Virus record (IMG/VR): IMGVR_UViG_3300032213_003338
Coordinates: 1 to 64,000 of that record
Reading direction: 5' to 3' (one strand)
Source of the DNA: a virus
Length of the DNA stretch: 64,000 nt
The notes below the pieces were generated by a model. The model had not been told where the DNA came from, made no database searches, and saw only the letters and a program-made list of their open reading frames with translations. Shown piece by piece: positions 48,073 through 57,819 of the stretch (positions are counted from its first letter, which is position 1; every line of letters starts with the position of its first letter). Both the position numbers and the translations under genes were made by a program.

Positions 48073-49005
48073 ATGATTAGACATCTTGGATACGCTTGCC
48101 AGTGTCTTGGTATTCAAAACACTATCGCAAAAAAGAAAGACAAGATATTTACAGACAGAACCCTCCGAATGGACGGGTTTTCTTTGTCTAGGGCGGGTGA
48201 TCTCGCATCTAAAAACGCAGCAGACCTCATCAAGATTCTAAAGTGGAACGAGCAAAACGAAATCAAGTTTTTTAGAATTGGCAGCGGAATGTTTCCATTT
48301 ATGGATCATCCGACTCTTGGCTGGACTCTTGATGATATTGACGTAAGGCACAAAGAATCAATCAAAAAGAGTATGAAAGAGGCTGGTGATTTTGCAAAAG
48401 AGAAAGGCATGCGACTCTCTTGTCATCCAGGACCTTATACATGCATTTGTTCTCCAAACCCAATGGTTGTTGCAAAAAGCGTAATGTGCCTTAATATGCA
48501 CAGCCTGATTGGTGACTTGCTTGGCTTTGGAAATGATTTTGCAATTAACATTCATGTGGGCGGTGTTTACGGAGACAAGACTTCTACATCATCTCGCTTT
48601 GTTGAAAACTTTGAATCTCTAGACGATAGATTAAAAAATAGAATCACTCTTGAGAACGACGACAAAGAAAGCATGTGGAGCATCTCAGAGCTTTATGAGA
48701 TGATTGCCTCTCGTTGCGATGTAAAGCTTGTTCTTGACATACATCATCACCGATTCTGTCAAAAAGAAACCCTCGTTGATGCTGCTCAAATGGCTTTCAG
48801 TACATGGGATGGCTTTTGCGAAATACCAAAAGTTCACTACTCCGAAAGCGCCACAGATAAAAGACCACAGGCTCATAGTAACTGGATTGCTTCGGAAATT
48901 CCAGTGCTCAGCGAAACAATTGAATACGATGTCATGCTTGAAACGAAGATGAAGGATGAGGCTCTTCTATCATACGTTAATCTGCAAAATGCAAATCATA
49001 GTTAA
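48073..49005 (+). CDS. uvsE: UV-damage endonuclease
   Basis: LGYAC, FFRIGS, RLSCHPG, NIHVGG.YGDK, LENDD, DIHHH, PKVHYSES, AHS, DVMLE.K.KD. Confidence 0.95.
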   Translation: MIRHLGYACQCLGIQNTIAKKKDKIFTDRTLRMDGFSLSRAGDLASKNAADLIKILKWNEQNEIKFFRIGSGMFPFMDHPTLGWTLDDIDVRHKESIKKSMKEAGDFAKEKGMRLSCHPGPYTCICSPNPMVVAKSVMCLNMHSLIGDLLGFGNDFAINIHVGGVYGDKTSTSSRFVENFESLDDRLKNRITLENDDKESMWSISELYEMIASRCDVKLVLDIHHHRFCQKETLVDAAQMAFSTWDGFCEIPKVHYSESATDKRPQAHSNWIASEIPVLSETIEYDVMLETKMKDEALLSYVNLQNANHS

Positions 49006-49897
49006 AAATTGGACTTGCGGATTTTTCTCAGATCAAATGAAAGATTTGTACTTGTGGCTTGGTAATGGCTGTCTGACAAATAAACCACAAGTTTGCAATA
49101 AGCTTGACCAGTATCTATCATTAATACCAGGAATAACAAAGCCATCGTATTATGAATGCAAAACAAAGTATGATAGACCTGAAAACTCAAAAGCAACTGT
49201 CACATTTAGTGGTGGCAAAGATAGCGTTGCATCATGTTTGATACTAAAAGAGCTTGGATACGATGTAAGCGCTTTTTTATTTTCAGGAATAAATAGATCG
49301 CACCATCTTGAGCCTAATGCAGCAAGAGCCTCAGCTAAACTTATTGGGGTAAATCTTTATGAGGCGTCTGCATCATTCGTTGGAAAACATGCGTACTCTG
49401 AAAGCCCAATTAAAAACCAGCTTATTCTTGCCTCTGCTATTGATCTAATTTCAGACTGTTCAATTTTCTCATGTGGTAACACGAAAGAAGATGTAATTGA
49501 GAAAATGAAGATCAGTTTTAATTGGTCTGATTCCATTGAAATGTACGACGCATTTAATTTGTTTGTAAAAGATGTGATTGACTCATATAGATTTCTTATA
49601 GTTTTAGATAACGATAATCACGCAATTGATTATCTTTGCTCAAAAAATGAAGAAGCCCTAGTTGAGTCTATGTCTTGTATGCTTCCACATAGATTTTTTA
49701 AATCAATAAGAGGTAAGAATGAATCCAAATATGGAATATCTCTTATGAAAAACAGGTGCGGGTCTTGCGAAAAATGTTGCCACGAATACATCTATTTGTG
49801 CAATAAAGGATTTCATAAAAAAAATACCGGATTTTATGAACACTGCTTTTCTTTTCTAAAAGAAAGAGGAGATCTTGTTAATGTACCAAACATCTGA
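48989..49897 (+). CDS. QueC-like PP-loop ATPase
   Basis: FSGGKDS, PIKNQLI, SMSC, CGSCEKC. Confidence 0.7.
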   Translation: MQIIVKNWTCGFFSDQMKDLYLWLGNGCLTNKPQVCNKLDQYLSLIPGITKPSYYECKTKYDRPENSKATVTFSGGKDSVASCLILKELGYDVSAFLFSGINRSHHLEPNAARASAKLIGVNLYEASASFVGKHAYSESPIKNQLILASAIDLISDCSIFSCGNTKEDVIEKMKISFNWSDSIEMYDAFNLFVKDVIDSYRFLIVLDNDNHAIDYLCSKNEEALVESMSCMLPHRFFKSIRGKNESKYGISLMKNRCGSCEKCCHEYIYLCNKGFHKKNTGFYEHCFSFLKERGDLVNVPNI

Positions 49898-50444
49898 ATC
49901 TATAGACAAAAGAAATCTAATAGATCACTACAGGTACTGGACGCATGAAGCAATAATGACAGACCTTGACACAAGAAGGAATAACTTCAGTGTCCTGTGC
50001 TGCAATCTTGCGAACGACTTTAATATTGCTACAGTTGTACGAAACTCAAATGCCTTCCTTGCCGAAAAAGTTTTTATCTACGGAAACAAGAGATACGACA
50101 GACGAGGAACTGTTGGTACTCATCTGTATACTCATTTTAATCATGTAGCAAAAATTGACGACCTTAAAAAGACAATAGACATGCTTGGTAAGGACAAGAA
50201 GCATATCAGAATTGTCGGTGTTGACAATGTAGCTAATGCTCGCCCAGTAAACAAATACCAGTGGCCCAAGAACGAACACGTTATCATGGTGTTTGGTCAA
50301 GAACAAATAGGTATTGACAAAGAAGTTCTTGAAATGTGCCACGACTTGGTCTATATTGAGCAGTACGGATCAGTAAGAAGCATAAATGTCGGCACGGCAA
50401 GCGGAATTGCCATGTACGACTATTGCTCAAAAATAGTAACATGA
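49875..50444 (+). CDS. TrmH/SpoU RNA 2'-O-methyltransferase
   Basis: NIATVVRNSNAF, VFGQEQIGI, IEQYGSVRSINVGTASGIAMY. Confidence 0.9.
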   Translation: MLMYQTSESIDKRNLIDHYRYWTHEAIMTDLDTRRNNFSVLCCNLANDFNIATVVRNSNAFLAEKVFIYGNKRYDRRGTVGTHLYTHFNHVAKIDDLKKTIDMLGKDKKHIRIVGVDNVANARPVNKYQWPKNEHVIMVFGQEQIGIDKEVLEMCHDLVYIEQYGSVRSINVGTASGIAMYDYCSKIVT

Positions 50445-50465
50445 ATCTATAAATCACAGGCACAT

Positions 50466-50538
50466 GGGGTCGTAGACCAACGGCAGAGTCAATTGACTCA
50501 AAATCAATAAAGTGTGGGTTCGAATCCCACCGGCCCTA
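50466..50538 (+). tRNA. tRNA-Leu(CAA) with short variable arm
   Basis: GGGGTCG/CGGCCCT; ATTGA-CTCAAAA-TCAAT; GTGGG-TTCGAAT-CCCAC. Confidence 0.9.
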
Positions 50539-50855
50539 TTTATGAAAAAATTCACTGAAGATAATTATCCGGCGTGGATTTGTAATGACTGCGCGAAGGA
50601 AATGAATGCCCAAAAAGCAATACGAGTATCAACATACCATACAGGAATATGTGGATTTTGTAACAAAGAAAAAGGAGTTACAGAACCACGAGATTGGGGA
50701 TACCCAAACTACCCAAAGAAAAAAGACAAAAACAGAAATAGTTGAATACATCGTTGGTTACATTGCTATAATTATCACATTACTATTTGTAATAATTCCA
50801 ATGCTGCTTGTTGCTGCTGCGGTTATTGCTGCTGGTTTTAAATTCTCAAAATAAC

Positions 50856-51422
50856 ATGATCTGGCTAACATCCGACACACATTTTGGTCACACAAATATT
50901 ATCAAGTATTGCGAAAGACCATTTTCTTCCGCAGAGCAAATGGAAGAGGTTATCGTCAATAACATCAACTCAATGGTTGGCGAAAGAGATGAGCTTTATC
51001 ATCTTGGTGACTTTTGCTTTCACTCTAACGGCAAAAAGTGGGAAACAGAAGTAAACAAAATTCTCGACAAGATCAAGTGCAAAAACGTTTATCTTGTTTG
51101 TGGAAATCACGATCCATCTGCGTCCTATGCAAAGAATCGCAATACTGGATTTAAGGACATTTTTGAATATTACGAAATGTCAGCAAAGCATCTATTTTTG
51201 TCAATGCCAGAAAACAGGCGGAACACAAAGATGATTCTTATGCACTACCCAATTGAGTCGTGGAGTAGTCAAAACTATGGATCAATCCATCTTCACGGAC
51301 ACACTCACGGAAAGCTTTTCTCAACAATCAAAAACAGATACGATGTTGGCGTTGACAGCAATAATTACATGCCAATATCACTGATGCAGATTATGGATAA
51401 AATTGGAATGGAGAACAACTAA
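50856..51422 (+). CDS. Calcineurin-like metallophosphoesterase
   Basis: SDTHFGH, LGDF, GNHD, HYP, HGHTH, DVGVD. Confidence 0.9.
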   Translation: MIWLTSDTHFGHTNIIKYCERPFSSAEQMEEVIVNNINSMVGERDELYHLGDFCFHSNGKKWETEVNKILDKIKCKNVYLVCGNHDPSASYAKNRNTGFKDIFEYYEMSAKHLFLSMPENRRNTKMILMHYPIESWSSQNYGSIHLHGHTHGKLFSTIKNRYDVGVDSNNYMPISLMQIMDKIGMENN

Positions 51423-51774
51423 TGGAGTTTACTGATCAAAATGGCAAAAAATGGACTGGGTCTGAAATGGCAGCTGCTTTTTTGCTTCACACATTAATCT
51501 TTATGGCTAAGTCAATTTTATTCTGCATGATTTTTAACAAAATGACTGGCGGTGCGGTATGACAGCAATAGTAGAAGTCAAGATAAACACACCAGAAGAT
51601 ATGGTTACTTTTGGTAACGCCATAAAGCAATTTGACATTGAGCATCTAAACGTTGCATCAAGTTACGGCTATTCAACAGTTTCCTACAAGTGCACAAAGC
51701 GAGAGCTTTCAAAAATAAGAGACTTTTGGAGAAACACATTTGATAGCTGCCGCGTAGTAGCATATTAAAATAAT

Positions 51775-51848
51775 GTTCCCGTAGCTCAGTTGGATAGAGC
51801 AAGTGCCTTCTAAGCACTAGGTCGCGGGTTCGAATCCCTCCGGGAACG
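51775..51848 (+). tRNA. tRNA-Arg(TCT), second copy
   Basis: GTTCCCG/CGGGAAC; AGTGC-CTTCTAA-GCACT; TTCGAAT. Confidence 0.95.
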
Positions 51849-51866
51849 CTAAACTAAAGAAAAAAA

Positions 51867-52316
51867 ATGAATTACTCAATATCTACAATTTACGGTGAAG
51901 GACAGCATTTCTACACAACGATTGATCAAGGATCAACATATGTTGGTTTATCATTCACTTCACCTCTCAATTTTAACTACAATTACTCTATCACTGAACC
52001 TAGAGGGCCGGCACTAAATCCGCCAACAACCATTAATTATTCGATACCATCAAACGATTACTTCATGGGAACCTTCAGTGGTTTTTGGGTTCATAACATC
52101 TACAGAGATGGTCATCTAGTTTATACAACACAAGGTGTAAATCAACAACTGTTCATCCCAATACAGTATGACTTCGTGCAAAGTGTCTCAATGTCTTTTG
52201 CCGCAGAATCAATTCCATATGACGGCCCTGCGAGGCCTCCAGTTCCTGGACCATCAGTTGTGTCTGCAATTGCCGTTGGCGTTTTGATTTTTGCTGCTAG
52301 GAAAAGACACAGATGA
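51867..52316 (+). CDS. Protein with PEP-CTERM-like (VPGP) sorting tail
   Basis: C-terminus VPGPSVVSAIAVGVLIFAARKRHR. Confidence 0.7.
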   Translation: MNYSISTIYGEGQHFYTTIDQGSTYVGLSFTSPLNFNYNYSITEPRGPALNPPTTINYSIPSNDYFMGTFSGFWVHNIYRDGHLVYTTQGVNQQLFIPIQYDFVQSVSMSFAAESIPYDGPARPPVPGPSVVSAIAVGVLIFAARKRHR

Positions 52317-52867
52317 AAAGAAAGAGGGGCAAAAAAATGCCAGCACTTGAAAGAAGGCCTTTGTTCTCCGAGATGAACGAGGATCAGGCAAATGAGTATA
52401 TTGTTTGTTACATTGAAAATAGATTTCCAAGAAGCGGTCCACTAATTGGAAAGCTTCCCGTGTCTGAGAGGGATGATGCTGTTCAAGAAATCTACATTGA
52501 TCTTTGGGAAAATAGATTTTCATACGACCCAACAAAGGCAGACTTTTCTACGTATGCCTTTAATCGCGGTCGCGGTGTTGTTAAAGATCTGATGACCAAG
52601 AAAAATAAGACATACAGGGTGGCATCTAAGATCTTTCAAGAAAAGCCAAAGTGCTATTATGTGGAAGATCATCTAAACGAGGTAGTTGAGCAAGCCGAAA
52701 AAATCCTCAGCAAGATCAGGCCGGAGTATGCTCAAATAATGAAAATGCGTTTTATCGAAGATATGACAATTGACGCAATCGCAAAGAGGATTAATTGCAG
52801 CAAGCAGAAAGTCTATCAGGTAATTTCTAGGGCTTGCGAAGAGAGTAAAAGGTGTATTAATATTTGA
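52313..52867 (+). CDS. ECF-type sigma-70 factor
   Basis: DDAVQEIYIDLW..YDPTKADFSTYAF; region 4 MTIDAIAKRINCSKQKVYQ. Confidence 0.85.
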   Translation: MKRKRGKKMPALERRPLFSEMNEDQANEYIVCYIENRFPRSGPLIGKLPVSERDDAVQEIYIDLWENRFSYDPTKADFSTYAFNRGRGVVKDLMTKKNKTYRVASKIFQEKPKCYYVEDHLNEVVEQAEKILSKIRPEYAQIMKMRFIEDMTIDAIAKRINCSKQKVYQVISRACEESKRCINI

Positions 52868-53271
52868 TGAAACGGTACAATGATGCAAAAAAAATACTAT
52901 TCGCAGACTACAAAAATATTATGTCTGCGTATAGTCTCATTTGTACCCAGATTGAATTTCAAGAAAATGATCTAACACAAGATCAAATATCAGCAAAAGC
53001 AGCGTATTATACAGTCGTCTGGAGATACCTTGAGGGCGTCTCCCCAATGGTGTCATCGATTGAAAAGTTTATCAAGCAAAATCTTGATATTGTTCTTACA
53101 GAGATAGACAACGAGCTTGCTATAGCGATTCTCATAGAGAGCAAAATACACGATCTTGAGATAAACGGCCTGGCTTCTGTGACAAGAAATCAGGACGGAA
53201 CAACCGTAGTAAACCTCACGGAAAAAGGCAAAGAGGTTTCGAAAAAGATCAAAAGAGATGTGAGAGACTAA
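52864..53271 (+). CDS. Hypothetical protein with winged-helix-like C-terminus
   Basis: LTEKGKE motif; late motif at 52852-52857. Confidence 0.6.
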   Translation: MMKRYNDAKKILFADYKNIMSAYSLICTQIEFQENDLTQDQISAKAAYYTVVWRYLEGVSPMVSSIEKFIKQNLDIVLTEIDNELAIAILIESKIHDLEINGLASVTRNQDGTTVVNLTEKGKEVSKKIKRDVRD

Positions 53272-53272
53272 A

Positions 53273-53740
53273 ATGATTGAACGATGCAACAAGTCTGTAC
53301 CAACAGAGATTCTATTTGTTCACGTTACAACTAATCTTGCGCTACAGATGCAGTCAGTTGTCAGCAACCAGCCCACAATGAAGGCTGCTGAAAGAGAATA
53401 CGGAATTATCGGCAAGCAGCTAAAGAAAAACTTTTCTTTTATCTACACGGTCCTTGAGTCAATAGTATCATTTAACAGCGAGTGGGAGAAACAGATTACA
53501 GTATCTGCCGCAATGCTTGCGGTAGAGGCTTTTGCTCTCTCTCAGCAAGAGGATGTTTCGGAAGAAAAAGCAAAAGATATTGAATGTATTTTAGACTGGA
53601 CCGCTCTACAATATAAGAGCGGCACATATCGTGCCAACAAACCAGGATACAAATGGCGAGCAGCACTAATATTTCTTCTACTAAACGAAGTAAGCAACGA
53701 CACAAAACAACAAAAACCAAAGCGAAAGGCAAAAAGCTGA
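53273..53740 (+). CDS. Hypothetical protein
   Basis: 155 aa coupled ORF. Confidence 0.6.
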   Translation: MIERCNKSVPTEILFVHVTTNLALQMQSVVSNQPTMKAAEREYGIIGKQLKKNFSFIYTVLESIVSFNSEWEKQITVSAAMLAVEAFALSQQEDVSEEKAKDIECILDWTALQYKSGTYRANKPGYKWRAALIFLLLNEVSNDTKQQKPKRKAKS

Positions 53741-54171
53741 AGTTCAATAGCGGCATGTATGCTCAAATGCTCTTTCCATCCATTTGCCATCTAAATGGGT
53801 GGGAGTGCGCAAGGCCGCTTCTTGAAGAGCTTCACTACGATTTTGTTGTTCGCGGTCTTAATGGAAATGAGTTTTCGACTGTTCAAGTTAAACAGTGCTT
53901 CTATGATAGAAAAAAAGAATCATTCAGATGCGATATCCGGAAAAAATCTTCCGGCAACAAGAAAGTACCTTATGAAGAAGGCGACTTTGATTTCCTGGCG
54001 GTCTACAATCCGATCACGGACTCATGGTATCTATTTTCGTGGGAATCCGTCAGTCATATCTCAAGCGAGATTTCAATAAATGACAGTCACGCCAGACACA
54101 AAATCCGTGTGGATATTCCGTTCGCTGGACCAAATCTTGCAAGAATTCGAGCAAAGAAAAAGCGAAAATAA
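53653..54171 (+). CDS. PD-(D/E)XK endonuclease
   Basis: YDFVV..VQVK..YEEGDFDFLAVY; start uncertain. Confidence 0.75.
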   Translation: MASSTNISSTKRSKQRHKTTKTKAKGKKLKFNSGMYAQMLFPSICHLNGWECARPLLEELHYDFVVRGLNGNEFSTVQVKQCFYDRKKESFRCDIRKKSSGNKKVPYEEGDFDFLAVYNPITDSWYLFSWESVSHISSEISINDSHARHKIRVDIPFAGPNLARIRAKKKRK

Positions 54172-54400
54172 AAAACTTGCTCAGCAATTTAACTATACTG
54201 ATATGAACAAAGGTGATGGGAGTACGGTACTCGTCACCACCAATGATGATGGTAAGCCTGAAGGCTGTTTGTGCAGGCACTGCTTTCAAAAATTGGATCA
54301 TTTACCGTTTTCTTACGGAAAGTATGTAAGTCCAATATGCGTAAAGTGTTTGCGCGATATTGCTTGGATTGAGTCACCAAATAACACAAAGGAGATTAAG

Positions 54401-54637
54401 ATGAAGAAGAGAACATCAAAGAACGATCCCGCTTCGGTACAGATTAACTGGTCAGAGTTTGAAACAATGGTCTCAAATGGAACAGCAAAACTTGTTGCTC
54501 TTGCGCAATCATACAATGTTTATCCAAATGATATGCGAGATATGATTATCGCAAAGTATGGAGAGAAGATTGAATTCAAGCGCGGCAAGAACGGTGGAGT
54601 TCGATTTAAGTCCGCAGTCCCTCAGCCTACAATGTAA
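54401..54637 (+). CDS. Small basic protein
   Basis: AAGGAG RBS; FKRGKNGGV. Confidence 0.6.
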   Translation: MKKRTSKNDPASVQINWSEFETMVSNGTAKLVALAQSYNVYPNDMRDMIIAKYGEKIEFKRGKNGGVRFKSAVPQPTM

Positions 54638-54638
54638 C

Positions 54639-55259
54639 ATGAACTTCAGCTGGAAAAATTGCAAAGTCGTATCGGTTGTTGGAAACACAGGCAGCGGAAA
54701 AACCGCTGCTTGTTTTAATATTTTAGCTTCCGTAAAGGATAAAAAGACCTACATAGTAGATCACCCGTTTCCAGAAGCACTAGACGGCACTGGTGTTGAA
54801 AACATCCCCTCAATATCTTTTGAGGAGGTTTCAGACTGCGTGATTTGGGTTGATGAGCCACAGCTTGTATTTCCGAAATACGAAAGACGAAACAACGATG
54901 CTCTCTTAATGATGTGTTCTCTGGCTAGACAGAGAGACATTACTCTTGTTTTTTCCACAAGCGATACGCGATGGATCAACAAGGGAATGGAGTCTTATGT
55001 CGATACCTGGCTCATCAAGAATCTTGATTTCAACATGGTAAAGCAAGGCAGCATAATCAAAAAGATTATTGCTCAAAAGAACCACAATATCATGCCTTCT
55101 ACTTTTAAGCTAGCGCAAGAAGAGGCTATATTGTATTGCCCGAATCAAATAGACAGACCACAGAAGGTAAAGATGGGATTGCCCAAGTTTTGGAGCGATA
55201 AGCTCAGCAAGCCATACAAGTATTCAGCACTTAATTCATCAGCAATTTTTGGAGAATAA
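54639..55259 (+). CDS. P-loop ATPase
   Basis: GNTGSGKT; VIWVDE; ARQR. Confidence 0.8.
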   Translation: MNFSWKNCKVVSVVGNTGSGKTAACFNILASVKDKKTYIVDHPFPEALDGTGVENIPSISFEEVSDCVIWVDEPQLVFPKYERRNNDALLMMCSLARQRDITLVFSTSDTRWINKGMESYVDTWLIKNLDFNMVKQGSIIKKIIAQKNHNIMPSTFKLAQEEAILYCPNQIDRPQKVKMGLPKFWSDKLSKPYKYSALNSSAIFGE

Positions 55260-55760
55260 AATGATTGTCAAAGTAAAGAGTGAAACAGAAAATCCGCACG
55301 TGTTCTGCGTTGACCAGCCAGCAAAATACAACAACGGACATCACGAGCTGTACTGCCTTTTTAATGGTATTACGCCAGAAATTGGAAAAAGCTATAGCGC
55401 AATGCCAGTGCACAAGTGGGTCGATATCAATTACAAAGAAACAGTAATTGCACACTGCTTTGTTTCTAAAGGTCAACCAATAGATGATAACTATTCAGTT
55501 TATAATTGATGAAGAAGATTCATCAACTGAAATACAATACGACGACCCTTCGGAAATTTCTGACGAAATAGCGTATAAGATTCTCTATTGCTCGCAGATA
55601 TCTAAAGAGTGCTTTCTTGATTCAGCTGATGCAATTGCGGATATAATTGGACTTGAAAAGACGCAGGCAATGGTAAATGGAATACTTGAAAGATCTTCCA
55701 CACTTACAGGATCAAGCCAAAACAAAAAGGATACTGTTATACCAACGGTATTTTTAAAAA

Positions 55761-56201
55761 ATGACGACAACGGAAGAGATGCTCAGATCGATTGATAGTG
55801 GATATCGTTTTTTTCTTGATCTTATGAACCCGCAAAAAACACCAAGGGTTCCAAAAGAAATAAGACAAAGAGCGCGCCGTGTTTCAAAACACTTTCCTTT
55901 TGATCACAAATACCTACTGCTACATACATCAGAGCTACAGCACAGTCGTCTTCTTGATGAAATAGAGGTGCTTCAAGACACTTGTGATCATCTTCAGACA
56001 GACAGGAACTGCCTTGCAGACGGCATACCACGTAAATATAAAATCGCAATGGAAGTTCTTGAATCAGAACAATTTGCGTGGTTGATGGCTGGCTCTAATC
56101 ACGTTAACTCAAATATCAACGCCATTAGACCGGCATACCAGGCCTGGAAAGAGGCCGGTGGTAGAGGATTTTTTAGTAAGGAACAAAATGCCAAAGTCTA
56201 A
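55761..56201 (+). CDS. Hypothetical phage protein
   Basis: TPRVPKEIRQRARRVSKHFP motif. Confidence 0.65.
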   Translation: MTTTEEMLRSIDSGYRFFLDLMNPQKTPRVPKEIRQRARRVSKHFPFDHKYLLLHTSELQHSRLLDEIEVLQDTCDHLQTDRNCLADGIPRKYKIAMEVLESEQFAWLMAGSNHVNSNINAIRPAYQAWKEAGGRGFFSKEQNAKV

Positions 56202-56833
56202 AAAAACAAAAGATTGTGGCGAATATCGACCAACAATTGTTGGAAACGGCTACGATGGTGAATTGGAAATAACACCGTGGTATAGCTCTACAAGAAAACA
56301 AAAGGTGGTTGACATAAGATCAGATATTTTGTCAAGCAGTGACCCGGTCCCGCCAGCGATTTCCTTTTACGATCCAGCTCGTCTAAGAAGGATATCATCA
56401 GTAATCTCGTCTCTAGCTGACTGGATGGAAGACAAGGGCGCCAACAAGGAGAACAACAATGACTAAAACCACAAAAAAGACCAAAACTAAGACCGCAAAT
56501 AAGACTCTAAGACTTTTCCCTGATCATGGCGTGCTTGGCTTCCTTATGGATATTGCCATCACCGTAATGTTTCTTGGAACGGCATTCATGATGATGATGC
56601 TGTGCGTTCAGTTGGCTGAAAAGATCACCATTACCTTTGGAAAATAATAACATGGCCACCAAGACCAAAACGAATAAGACACCGATCACCCTCCACGGCA
56701 AGATGGATCACATTCAGGAGATGATTGAATTCCTATCCAATGAAATCATGGATGGCACGATCACCAACAACGAGATCACCGATAAGCTGGACGAGATCGT
56801 TACCAAAATTGAGAACTTTAAGGACTTGCTCTG

Positions 56834-57346
56834 ATGCCCGACTACGAACCACTAGACTGCCGCCTTCGCTGCCACTCCAAGCGCACCGATCTTCCACCTG
56901 ATGTTCTTCGGGATATCTGTGAGGCTTACGTGAGGCTCCTCAACCTGGAAGAGGAATGCAATAAGAACAAGCAGTTGCAAGCCGAACGCGATGAGGCTCG
57001 CCGTGATGTCTGTAGTATGATGCACATGACTGGCTTCCTTGCAGGTGACTATGCTCACTCAAAGGGTTGGGATTGTTTCAAAGATGGTTATCCTGGCTTC
57101 TCATCCGATGTAAATAATTTTAGAGTTATATGGAATTCGCACACAGATAAAGTGACTGCCGAAAGAGACGAGGCCAGGAGGAATCTCTGTGATCTATATG
57201 TTAAAGGTCAGCCAAGTGCAAGCAGTATGACATCCCACGATTATGCCAATGAACTTGGATGGGATTGCTTTGGAAGGCCAAAGACGGAACAGCAAATGGC
57301 TATGGATAGACTCGCAGAACTTGATGAAGAACTTGGTCTTCAATAA
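56834..57346 (+). CDS. Protein with two ERDEARR..GWDCF repeats
   Basis: Internal duplication; same module as in the 35136 and 35378 genes. Confidence 0.7.
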   Translation: MPDYEPLDCRLRCHSKRTDLPPDVLRDICEAYVRLLNLEEECNKNKQLQAERDEARRDVCSMMHMTGFLAGDYAHSKGWDCFKDGYPGFSSDVNNFRVIWNSHTDKVTAERDEARRNLCDLYVKGQPSASSMTSHDYANELGWDCFGRPKTEQQMAMDRLAELDEELGLQ

Positions 57347-57375
57347 GAATACTTCCTACAATATATACAAAACAA

Positions 57376-57819
57376 ATGAAGAAGAAGGTTGACTGGACTA
57401 AGAAACCAGAAATTCGCTGGGAAAAGCGACTTTGTCCAATTTGTAATGAGCCAACTGGAGAAATGAGCAAATGCCATGATCCAAACTCAAAACGAATATT
57501 TGATTCCTCAGATGAGGACGCCCCATTTCCAAAAACAATTGAGGTTAATGGGGACATACTTCCTCTGTTTAGTCCGCAATGCGCCTTTAGAAAAAGCAAT
57601 GAATTTCTTGTTTTTGTAAACTTTCCAATAACACACGAGATGGCGGATATTCTTGGGTCTATTGATGGTGTTGAAAAAATAATAGTTAAGTCTCCGTACA
57701 GAATGTTTGTTACTATTGCGGAGCAGTTTGATGAAGTTCAAATTAAGCAGCACTTTAACAAGTGCTACAGAGATCACGTACTAGAAAAGGCAAATGAAAA
57801 TGAGAATCAAAGTTCTTGA
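57376..57819 (+). CDS. Hypothetical protein
   Basis: 147 aa ORF. Confidence 0.6.
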   Translation: MKKKVDWTKKPEIRWEKRLCPICNEPTGEMSKCHDPNSKRIFDSSDEDAPFPKTIEVNGDILPLFSPQCAFRKSNEFLVFVNFPITHEMADILGSIDGVEKIIVKSPYRMFVTIAEQFDEVQIKQHFNKCYRDHVLEKANENENQSS

